DNA from: Trichinella spiralis
Lineage: Eukaryota
Direction of reading: 5' to 3'
Assembly (NCBI RefSeq): GCF_000181795.1
Contig: NW_003526941.1
Span: forward strand, 4,949,811-4,990,764
DNA length: 40,954 bases
Position numbers and translations under genes: made by a program. Position 1 is the first letter of the stretch, and each line of letters opens with the position of its first letter. The notes under the pieces are model-generated. The model saw only the letters and a program-made list of their open reading frames with translations. It was not told the DNA's origin and ran no database searches. Shown here in pieces: positions 11,575 through 23,434 of the stretch.

Positions 11575-11760
11575 CTTTACCTAACTTCCTCCTGTACCAT
11601 ACCTACCTTACCCTGGTCCCTACGTTCCTTCACCCTTGTACTTACCTTGATCTTGTACCCAACTTACCTTCTCACTTATACTTACCTTCCTCTTGTACAC
11701 AACTTACCTTCTCACTTATACTTACCTTCCTCTTGTACACAACTTACCGAACTTACCTTT
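11575..11760 (+). repeat. Tandem 40-bp repeat (22+18 bp subunits), each subunit containing ACTTACC
   Basis: 11661-11700 and 11701-11740 are identical. ACTTACC occurs at 11640, 11662, 11680, 11702, 11720, 11742 and 11751. Confidence 0.92.
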
Positions 11761-14700
11761 ACATTTACGAGCTTCACATTTTCCTATAATGTCTGCTTAG
11801 ACTTATTTTTAAACATTCCGTTATAGGCAACAAGGCTAAGTAAACAGCCATGTTGCCTTCAACTGAATGTCGGAATCTGGATCTAAACTATTCTTGCCTA
11901 AACGTACCTGAAAAATTGAAGCAAACTTTACAATTAACGTACGCAGCATGCAAAAGTCAAATGCTTACTGATCTGCTTCTGACTGACGGAGCATCAACTG
12001 ATGGCAGGCCTTCGCCCTGTGTAAAGTGTAAAATTTTAAAACAACCGCATGTTCAATTACGTATAGTTACGAAAGAATGCAGAATGCATAGTTATCTAAA
12101 ATTTGAACTAACTTATTTGCAAAGTGTTGTAAAATGTAAAAGCATGTTAAATAAAACTGATACAAAACAGCCACATCATAAAAATTGAAGACGAATAAGA
12201 GTGCATCGTTGTTCCTTATTTAATAAGTATACAAATATGCAAAAAAATTACTTCTTACATTTGCTGGTTATTCAGTTGCAGCTGCAGGCAAAAACGTTCA
12301 ATTAAACATTCTTAGTCTGTGATAAGCCACACGGCATTGTGACCACTCTCACTCAAAATAAACAGAACGGCTACTTACTAATTTGTCAATCACTTTCGAA
12401 CCGCACTGATGGCAACTCACACTACCAAATTTATAGAATACACACGGACACCAGCGCAAATGAACTGTATTCACGATCTGCTGTTATTACAAAGCATTTA
12501 ATTAACAAACTTACAATAACTAACAATTATACAAACTTACAATAAAGGAAACCACACCGATTATCATTATCATATTACTGGGTAATGCCAGTACACCAAC
12601 TTCAACTGACGCAGAGCGCGATTAGTATGAAAACATATCTTGTTGATGTGGATGATGCATTGCATTCCTATAATGGACAAAAGCTATACGTACGTATTTT
12701 TGTGATAGCACATTTAAACGCATTGATATAAACTTGACATACCATGTTGGCCAGAGCGACAGGAATTAGAAAACGGTTCAATTATGATGACGTAGGCTAA
12801 TTCAATAAAACATTAGATTACAAAATTTCTGATAAATAGTGTTATATAAACAGAATATACTTTCCCTTCACTCTTACCAGATATTGCATTGCAGGAAATA
12901 TAGTTGTACACCTAAAAAGCAACATTTCCAATGTAATACTGAAACTTCAAACTTACTAACGTCAAACATAATCAATCTACGTTATTACTTACATGATGCC
13001 ATGGCTAGGATTAAAGTGATGTGGAATTGATGACGTAGCCAACATACAATCTGTACCCGAAAATCAAAATGATGACAAACAAACAGCAGTGCAAAATTTT
13101 GATGCACAGTTACCACATACAGATACTTTTCATAATCAGGTTATTACATTACATGAATAATGAAAGTTGAAATTTTCTGAAAAGTAATTAATAAAGTGTT
13201 ATATAAATTGAAACAACTTATGTATCTCAAACATCTGAAAAACTGTATTTCCAATAAAATTTCATATCTTGAAGTTATTCAAATCAAGGCCACCTAATCT
13301 AGAATAATATCTACATGTTTTAATTGTGCGCTGCAGTTAAGATTCAAGTGATGTGGAGTTGAAGGCGTAGCAAATCTACAATCTAAATTTCACACGATAA
13401 TTTCAAAAAGCCGTGCAAAATTATAATAATGCATAGTTACCATAATCACTTACTTTTCAGAATCTCTTTGTTTGTTTGTCTCTATTTGATCATTGATATG
13501 AATATAAATTCTGAAAGTAAATTATTAATGCCGTCATTTAAAACTAAAAAACAGAAATGCGAACTTCTTCGTCTTCAACATTTGATGGATCTGAAAGTTA
13601 GCAATAACAACACGAGAAAAAGACCTGTCAGTTTCCATTCACCAAATTAGTAAAGTAACATGCATAGCATACCACCACCAAAATATCAAATCCAACTTAC
13701 CACTATTTCCTTGTTCGTTTTGAAGAGCGGGAATATAGTTGACAAAGCGCCTGACGGACAGCAATCCAGTGAACAGAATAACCTAAAGTAATCAAAGTAC
13801 TATGATTAAACGTACAATATGTAAATTATGCAAATGACTATTTACTTTGCCTCCGGAAGAACAACCTAATTCACCATCAGTAATAGCGCAGTGCAATGAA
13901 TTTTATGAACAACGTTACTAAACGAGACGATGAAATTTATTACGTTTTTATTTACACACTTCACATTAATACGCAATATTGCAGTATTACGTAACAGAGC
14001 ATTATTATGCAAATTTATTTTAATAAAATTAGCTGAAACGAAAATTTATTAACGTAAAGCATTACAAATTACTAAAAATAACTGAAAATGCTTCTATTGC
14101 GTTGATAGAATTTAGCTGCTTGAAAGTAGGAGGTGATACAATAATATTTTGCCAATATTTTCTTGAAATCAAAATTATATGGATAATAAAAAAATGATTT
14201 CAGCTGAAAATAGCTCGAAAAATAATTTATCTCAGCGCAGAATTTCATGAGTGATGCATCGTAGGCAGTGTGATGGCAAACAGTTATGCCAGTGGCTATG
14301 CTGCTTGCCAGCTCAATTCAACTTTCCGCTTTCATATGGTAACTTATTACAAGACTGTTAACTTTGTTGAGCGCTGAGTTAACACAGCTTTATGCAATTA
14401 GAGACATACTTACTCAAAAAAACTGAGTAACGCAACGTTTCAAACTTAGGCACGATTTCATGATATCACATATATATATCACTATATTATATCAAATGAT
14501 AGTAGTTTATATATCAGATCACATCAGCTAAGCGCAGTTCATTCAGCTCGAAATTGTGGGGAGGGGTAGGTAGAATTTTCAATTGGAAAGCAAGGCGGGA
14601 CAACAAAAGAGGAAGGAAGGAGGGAGAACTTGCAGGATGGAGGGGGTGAAAGTTGTCAGAATGTGAATCACATTCTTTTACTCAACTTTCACAGAAAACA

Positions 14701-16811
14701 ATCAGGCGTTCCTTCATTTATCAATAATGACAACATTAATGGAGATATTGAGTTATTTTCTCAATGATAAAAAACAGTGGGATCTATAAGTCTGTGCTAT
14801 TGGCAATACAATGGCATCATAGGGTCTTAAGGATGAACTGAACGTTAGTGCCATTCTGAAAGTTTCAAGAATGGTGGTTAAAACTGTGTTTTCTAGCTAA
14901 TGGCAACTTTCCCATGTCATGCTGAAACAATTCTGTTCGCAAATTGATCAGTTTAGAGCATTTAGGGGTGTGATTTCTCTATCCCGGTGACAGACAGTTC
15001 CATTAAACCGTTGGCCAAGTATTTTACCTCAGCAGTAAATATCACAGAAGGGATTATGGATAATGTGTGAGTGGTTCAACGACTATGTCAATACTATTTT
15101 ACAAATGCATTTGTAAGGACTATTGAGAATTATAGATCTATATATATATCATTACTACTATATATTATGGCTGGAGATTGTCGTGTCTGTAATAAAGTAT
15201 TGATTATTAATTGAACATCATTACAGAAAAAAGCGCGTTAGGTTACATCCTAAAAATTAAACTTAAACAATTACAGCAAGATGTAAAAGCGGGTATGCTT
15301 AGCGAATTGTGGGAAAAGACGGAACGAAAACAAAGTATAAAAAAACAGCAAGTATGTAAAAATTCATACCTGTTAGTAGGACTGCCTGAGCCATACATTT
15401 TTCCAACTGAGTTTCATGATTCATCATATATTCAGTTTCACAATATCAACGTATTTGTTGAAGTGAAGCACCAAATTGACCAAATAACGCAATGCAGTGA
15501 GTAATTAGAACGTTCCTCAGCAACGAATAATTAAATAATAGTGCAGTTCTCTCAATAAACAGAAATTTATATGAGGAAAATTACTTCCGGGTTTGAATGG
15601 CACAAAGTGCACGTAGCAGAATGCCATCGGCAATGTTCACCTTCATATTAGCATAAACATACTCCGCTGACCTAGAAATGCATGTATGCTTTGAAAACGT
15701 GAGGTAATGTAATGGGCTAACAACAAAGACTATAATAATTGCGCAACAGTAACAAAATCCTGAATACGTTACAGATGAAAGTCTCTATCTATCTCAAAAA
15801 ATATTATGACGTAATTGAAAGAAGCATAAAAAACCGTAACTTAAATGAAACTGAACGGCAACGTTAATCGTGCGTAAATTAAACAACAATCAACTATTAG
15901 TGTATGAACGCTGCCTAAGCATGTAATAATAGTCAACAGGATAATAATACTTTGCAATGAATACCATTTTCAACAGAATTAACTCATTAATTTCAAAGAA
16001 CCGATTCCTTAGTTATAATTTAGCAGTTATATATTCAGTATCTATTTCCAGCAATATTACAATGTCATTCAATAAAAAAACTGTAACTTACAAAAATAGT
16101 CAACTTCCCATCATTTGGAGATACATTTTTTGAAGAGTTGCATAATAAATAGGATTGGCCATACTGAATATAAATGAAGATGATAGTTAGACTTCCTTTG
16201 AGGACGTCTTTTATTCTCACGTTGCAAAACACCATCTAACTAAAAATATTTCAAATCAACCTCAAAACAAAATTTAGAATTTATGAATTGATGTAACATC
16301 AAAGTATACACAACATGATCATCGATGAGTTATACTTGATAATTAATATTTGATTTTCTTTTCGTAAATGAAAATTTCCATGAAAATTGTGCTAAACATG
16401 TTGTATGCTTACTTTGTGTTATACTCAGAAAACAATCTCCGCGACCGTTGATGAATAATCGTTCAAACAACAGGATATGAGATAGAACTTTCCAATATTA
16501 ACGATAATATTGCTCCGCACATCTAGAAGCAATTGGATAGCCCAAATAAGGTAAATTAAATAAAGTTATTAATTTACTTTCAAAGCAAATGTTAGGTGAA
16601 TTATTTCATCACTGCTAGGTGCGTCTCGCTAGCATGCAAATTTTCATGCGTGCATTGCCTTACCGTTTGTTTGCTTAGCAACTATAGCTCGCCATAAGCG
16701 TCGGCTTCTAATCTATAAAAAAGCTTCATTAGATATTTCCATTTTTCAGCAAACCAATGATATACATTTATATATATGGTGAGCACAAATAAACTATTAC
16801 TGATTTATCAT
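11742..16811 (-). repeat. Right arm of the large inverted repeat (~5.07 kb, gap-free copy of the unit)
   Basis: 13151-16811 is the reverse complement of 1629-5260, and 11742-13757 is the reverse complement of 8085-10127. Mirror ORFs 9329-9535(-) and 12339-12545(+) agree. Confidence 0.95.
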
Positions 16812-17558
16812 TGTCGACGTAGACGGCAACCTTCCAGAGCTTTGATATTTTTATTTTATGAAAATTCTGGACTGCAACAAGAAACAACAAAAATAGCTTA
16901 CTTTATATTTTTCAGCACTGCTGGGCAAAATGTGTTCATCCCATTGATGAATTAGATTCATCAAAAGCAGTTTAATGATGATTAAAGGAAAATATTAAAA
17001 GAGAAACCTTCTCATAAACTTCTAAGAAACGGCAATATTTTTTAAAATATTTTTTATTTTAAAAATATTTCCAAATAATATGAAATTGTCAACTTTGCAA
17101 TATCTATATTATAGCAGAAAGAAAGAAGGTTAAGTAGAAAGTTCTAATTTGAAAGTAGTAGTGGTAGACGTGAAGCCATACAGCATACAGAAAACTAACT
17201 GAAAACTAGAAAAAGAAATAAGAACTGCACAATTAGAAAGTAGAAGTCAACGAACTCAGTTTTGTTCATGTCGGATAATTGAAAAAAATGAAATCGCATA
17301 TTTAAGAATGAGAAAGAAAAAAACACGAACAAACGAACACATAAAAAGTATAACAGTTCACGCAAATGATCTATAATTAGAAAATTAGTAACGTGGTGAA
17401 TTTCTAAAGCAAAAAGAACCAACTACTACAATTGGCATAAGAATCGAAGCATGGAAAGAGATGGTGCAGAGAAGCAAAAAGAAAAAATTTAAATCAACGT
17501 TGTCTGTACTATTTATACAAGCAGAAATGATAAACAATACATTTCTAGGCTATGCAGA

Positions 17559-20500
17559 TCATAATACATCAATAACTACAAGTTGAGCTTCTGAACATTG
17601 TCCACCCGAATGAGCGCATTCTGGAGGCGTTTGGACCGAGATCACATCAGCTCTATCTTGGCAATGGGTTCGATTATAGTACAAAGCCAATATGAGAAAA
17701 CTGAGTGCGGTGAATTGACCAAAAGCAGCAAAAGCTAAAAACAAATCGGCCAACAATTTGCTGTTATAAATAATACATCGCCCGTCGTCTTCGCCAGTGG
17801 AATACCGCGTTAGGCAAGAAATGTCAAACATCCAGCCAAAAATTGCCGGCGCCGGAATAGTTCCTACAACGAAACTTACATTTCTTATGCATAATATAGA
17901 AATGTTTTCAAATATATTTTCAAAGAAAATAAAGCTTTTGAAAAACATGAGAACAACAGCAAGACTTATTTTATGATTCATATATTTAAAATAAATATTC
18001 AAAAAAACACTTCATTATGAAACCCCATTTGAACAAAAAATACGTTTGTGTTCAATCAACAACATACCAATGCATCGAATTAATATCCACTGAATACCAA
18101 GTGCAAATGAACGATCGTCATAATCGACAGACCTGAAAGATGAATTTACAATTACAATACCTGCTGATAGAAGATGCAACAACAACAACATAACAATTTG
18201 AATAATATATTTTTGATTTCTCTAAAATTAATAAATCATTTTACCTCAGGACGACAGAAAGTGCCGGTACACCAACGGAAAAAGTGACAAAACACATCGG
18301 AGCGAACAGAAAGAGAAAAATGGACAACGACGAGCAACTCGATTCACACCAACCCACTGACACTGCACCGTCGTCCACGCACGTACAATTTGAATATACC
18401 TGACAAAAAATGGATGATATGATTTGAAATTTCATTCGAAATATATATATATCACTTTCTTGGTGCGTTGATATTTTTCTGGACAACCGGCGTAACATGT
18501 ACTGAAAAATACCGACATGACGTTCTGCACACGGCCGCAAACCGGGTGATATTCATTCACTGAACAAGAACAATGATCGTTGCAAGCCTGTCCAAAGCCA
18601 ACATCCATCAGCACACTATCAGTGGTTCTGCACAAGTGCATATGAAAAATCGAATATTAAAAAGTCACGATTCACAAAGCAACAGCACATCTCGCTTGCC
18701 TGTTATTAAATAGTGTCGGATAGCTGGCTTGGATGTTCATAAATTTCGACGGTTCGCAGTATACGAAGAACATCGGCGAAAGAACCAAGCCGCTCAACTC
18801 CATAAGAATGCAATACTTCAACGTTTTGTCACGAGTCAAGCGAAACTGCTTGACCACATAACCGCTGAAAAGTGTACCAGCGCCAGCGAACGGTACCATG
18901 ATGCATCCGATTATCAAATTCGCCTTGCTGCTCCCAACGTTGAACTGACGTTCGAGATATTTCGCCATAAAACCGCTGAATCCGCTGATCAGCAAACCGG
19001 CAATCGACGCGGCCAGCGTGATGCACATATAGCAAGGATTCGAGATCAATTTCCAACAGGCGGCAGGAATGTGCTTCACATCGTCTGTGATTCGTCTCAT
19101 TATCGACGACGGTTCCACTTGTACCGCTTCTTCGATCACAGTCACACTGTCGTGATGTTCCAATACTGTACTTCTTACATTGTCGCCGGTCTTTTTCAAA
19201 CAAGTAATCTCAACCGATATATCTTTGCTCGTTTCTGGAAAACATGGTGCATCAGACTGGCAACGTCTTTCTTGTGAACGATGCTGCTGCCAATTCAAAG
19301 CATCTTAAAATGCATACAATCAAAACAAAAATAACAAAACAACCTTCTAGTATTAAAATATATTCCTTTTTTCATTAACATTCCAATATTTCGGTTAAAC
19401 TTGAATCACTTCATCCTACTGTATGTAATTGATTATCATGTTTATCAAATGGAATCGCCTGCAAAATAAATTCAATTTTCATAACAACAACAACTGTGCT
19501 GATCAGAGAATATGTCAACAACAATTTCGCTTATGAAAATATTCATTCGTTTTCACATAATATAAATAATAATAGAAAAGAAGAAGAAATTCAATAAAAC
19601 AACCTATTAAAAAAAATAAAACATTACTTTTCTTCTCAAATTTAAAATTATTCTAGTGAATTAGTCAATTTTACAAAATAATAATCTCTCACCCCATTTC
19701 AGCTGCATTTTTCACAAATAAAAAAATGCGATCGTGCAAAATGGATACTATTTCTATCAATTCTAAACAAAATACAATCAGACATTATTCAATCACTTTT
19801 TGAAAATTTATGCTTCTATATATACATATACTTTACATTTCTACAGTCGCAGATGCAGATGAATAAATAAAAAAAATTAGCAAAATTAAATGCAAATTAA
19901 AAATTAAAAAAAAACAATCTACATCCATCAATTCACAGTCATCACTTCCAGCCTCTGATGATATTATTTACTAAATGTATGCATATGCAACTTGATCGAT
20001 GGCAAAATTGAAGTAGCAGAAGAAAATGCGAATCAATAAAAATGTCCCATAAGAGAGCGGAGAACTGGCGTCAAACAAATATGCTCATTTGACAATAACA
20101 GTTTTTAACTGATTCAATAATATAATATTAAACTTACTTTTCAAAGTGCGTGGAAAGCTCAAAATTGGAATTACAGCTATTAGCGACAGCATACTGGCAA
20201 TCTGAAAACCAACCCACCAAGCTCCAACCCATTCCGGATCTGTTTCATCCACTTCACTAGGACTAAAAAATACAAAAAAAATAATGGTAAAATCTGGTCG
20301 AAAAAAATGAAAATAAAAAATAATTACCTAATGCCATCATGCTGAGAGAACAAAAAATCCGAATGCACTCGTAGAAATGCTGAAGACAAAAAGAATCCGG
20401 CTGCGGGACCAATAATAACGCAAGTGTAAAATATAGCTAAACAAGAAAAACAACAATACAGTCATAATTGATGGCGAACAAGAACATGTTCTGAATTCTT

Positions 20501-21628
20501 CTTCAAAACTACCAATATAAAATGATGACATTACAGGCTTCACATTCTCATCTATGTAGCTGACGCCAAGCGTGAAAAGAGGCGTCGAACCAATGCCGTG
20601 CAAAAGATGAGCGAGGCCAAACATTAATTCATAACGATAATTGTTGCTTCGATTCATCCAATTTGCACCAAAACTAGAAACATCATACAATCGTCTATCA
20701 ATGAAAAAAGCGGTGACCATATTCTGATTGCGTGCAGTGTAATTGTCCGCATCCAATTCTAGTCGTGATCTGTAAGCATAGTTTGATACATTGCAGAAAC
20801 CAATTTCTAATTTTCGCTCTGAATAGCTGTAAGGCTGTTCAGCTATGATATGTGGCAATGAAAAAAGAAGCGAACCAATGCTCATGCAAAGCAAGCCAAA
20901 ACCAAGAAATAACGGCTTGGAGTGTCTGCCTCCAAAGTAAGACACCGGAATACAACAGAATGCATACGCGATGTCATACCACTGCATGATACGGCCCAAA
21001 GATGAAGAGCGAAAATTGAACCGACGTTCCAAAGTGCTGAGCACAGACGGAACTAAACCACTGACTACCATCCCCTTATAAAGAAAAACAAAAAAATAAC
21101 ATGTTCAACTATGCAAAACTATTTAATTTTTAAATCATTCTGCAAAATATATAATAATATATGAAAACAAAAATACATGTCGGTTGCTTTCGAAAAACAA
21201 AATAAAGCATGCGCTTACGTCCGATTTGCCTGACGGCAGACTGAAACGTAAACAACACCGAGCTATTTTTAACCATTGATTAAGATGCGCATTTTTCACA
21301 AATTTTATTGTTGTCAATTTGTTGTAAAAAATATAGAAGAACCATTTACCTGCACGGTGCAATACCAACATATCCAAAATAGCATCCATTTTTCCGGAGA
21401 AACCCGCTTCAAGCAATTGAAAATTCCACCAGGGGTGTAGTCAAGGTGAGCCAGGCAAATATTGGAAGATTTACGACGTTTCTCTATTTCAAATTGCTTT
21501 TCACACGAAATACCCGATATATCGTTTGGCGAACGTTTGAAAACAAATTCTGCAGATGTAGAACACTTTTTTGAAAATTGTCTGTTTGTGCTTGTAGTTG
21601 CCTCTTCAGAAAAATCTCTTCTTTCCAT
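17559..21628 (-). CDS. Organic anion transporting polypeptide (OATP/SLCO family, MFS), ~791 aa, 9 exons: 21350-21628, 20513-21074, 20328-20436, 20138-20262, 18700-19303, 18456-18627, 18245-18399, 18068-18132, 17559-17863
   Basis: Family motifs STLERRF, VSYFGG, GVSYIDEN, DPEWVGAWWVGF, KYLERQF, a Kazal-like CNDHCSC...YHPVCG...CYAGC loop, DRSFALGIQW and GTIPAPAIFG. Exon phases sum to 792 codons. Subfamily not assigned. Confidence 0.95.
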
Positions 21629-22424
21629 CAGTGAGACAATTATGCAAGACAGTAAACAGCAAGCGCAAAAGGAAAGGAAGAAAAACTACCCTAACCCGTC
21701 ATCAATGTCAAGCACTCGTCGCTAAATGTAATTCACCGGATTTACATAGCAGAGCACTTTCTTCCGATGATTAAAACATCAAATCAAAAATTAATTGACC
21801 AAAATATATTGTTTCCATCACAGCATCCACTGCTAGTGCTGATAATATTAGCATACAAATACGGTACAAAATAAAGATATGCAAGTTCAACATTACAGTA
21901 ACAATAAAACTGGTATTTATAATATTCATGACATTCAATTTGAGCACCAGAATTAAATACTAATAACATGTTATTTTATTCAAAATAGATAAAAACAAAT
22001 AAAACATACTCGATGAAATGAATTTTAAAATTTAATTTGCAATTACTACTCAATTAATGCAGTTCAGCTATCGGCAATTTGAAGCAAAAAATATTTACAT
22101 TATTGTGCAAAAATATTTATCGAATGAAACAGAACAGGAGAAATGAACTTCAGCATAAACTTGAAAACTTGAAATTTGTGAAAACTGGTTAGTTTAAACA
22201 CGTTTACTGCAAAATCAAAAGTTATTCAACAACATCAACTAACGCAAACAATTTGACTCTATAGCAATAACTTCAGTTATAATTAGCATTATTTAAAAGT
22301 TTGATTTAATTATATAGAACAGAACTTAAATATATTATTTGGAAAGTGTATATTATCTGGGTTTTAAAATGTCATTTTGGTTCAATCTGCGATTATCAAA
22401 TAAGCGGCAAACTTTAGCCATCAG

Positions 22425-22426
<2 letters not shown>

Positions 22427-22456
<30 letters not shown>
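22427..22456. repeat. (AC)15 microsatellite
   Basis: Read directly from the sequence. Confidence 0.95.
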
Positions 22457-22458
<2 letters not shown>

Positions 22459-23434
22459 CACATATATATACATATAAAAATATGTGAGCGTTCATGTATA
22501 TACATGCTATGTAGCATTAACGCTCGAAATTCACAAAAGTTCTTTTTGCCATAAAGTAGGTTTATTATCACTTAGTCCTGCAAACAAGTACAAGAAAGCG
22601 CCAAAAGTAAACAACAAAAATAAACCCATTGAAAGACTGAAATTTTAATCAATGTACAATTTTGGAGAAACTGAAAATAACAACCATGCATACATTCATA
22701 TGTACAAAAATTAACTGATACTGAGATGCATGTTAGAAAAAATTGAAAGAACACACCAAAAGCATATGGTTGAAAAAGCGAATTTTTCCGTTCAATTCCG
22801 AGTGAAACGAAGAACTTTTGTACTACAGAGGCAGTGCAAATCAAATAAAAAAGAAAATAATGAAATCCAGAAGCGTTCTGCATTGAATTTCAACTAGAAA
22901 TGCACTGCTGACATCTATCTCTATTGACAAGCTCATTTTGGAACATTAATTACAAATCGCAAACATTACAACTTTAAACAGATTAATTCACGCAAAGTAT
23001 TGCGGAAAAAGCACAGTTAACGAAAAAAATATGCATTTGTTAACAGTCTGGACCGGAGCCCAGGTAAAATGTGTTGTAGTAGTGAAACAACCTGCTTTAC
23101 ATCATTACTGTTTCCGCTAACAAAACTCTTTACACCATCCGGCAGATTCAGCGATTTCAGTAAAGCCAAAATCAAATCAACTAGCAATGAAAATAAATAA
23201 TCGATATATCTGTCTTTGACTTAGAATTTTTCTCAAACTGCGTTTATTCACCAACGGAGGTGAGTTTACCTTTTTTTTTCTTCAAAGTACATAACATATA
23301 ATACAAATATAACAACAAAATGTGACATATATGTGTATGTTCAAATATAAAGACACCGGGATGTTGTCGAAACAAAAATTGCAGATGAACACGAATTTGT
23401 ATAACAATCGTAATGCATGAAAACGATTATTATT

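Noticed and set aside
5937..11760. Tandem arrays as CRISPR-like arrays
   Set aside because: The sequences between the motifs are themselves repeated, with no unique spacers. The context is eukaryotic and no cas genes are present.
2935..15504. Paired ORFs 2935-3228 / 15211-15504 and 9329-9535 / 12339-12545 as duplicated genes
   Set aside because: They have non-ATG starts, no recognisable domains and lie antisense to the splice signals. Their identity simply reflects the inverted repeat.
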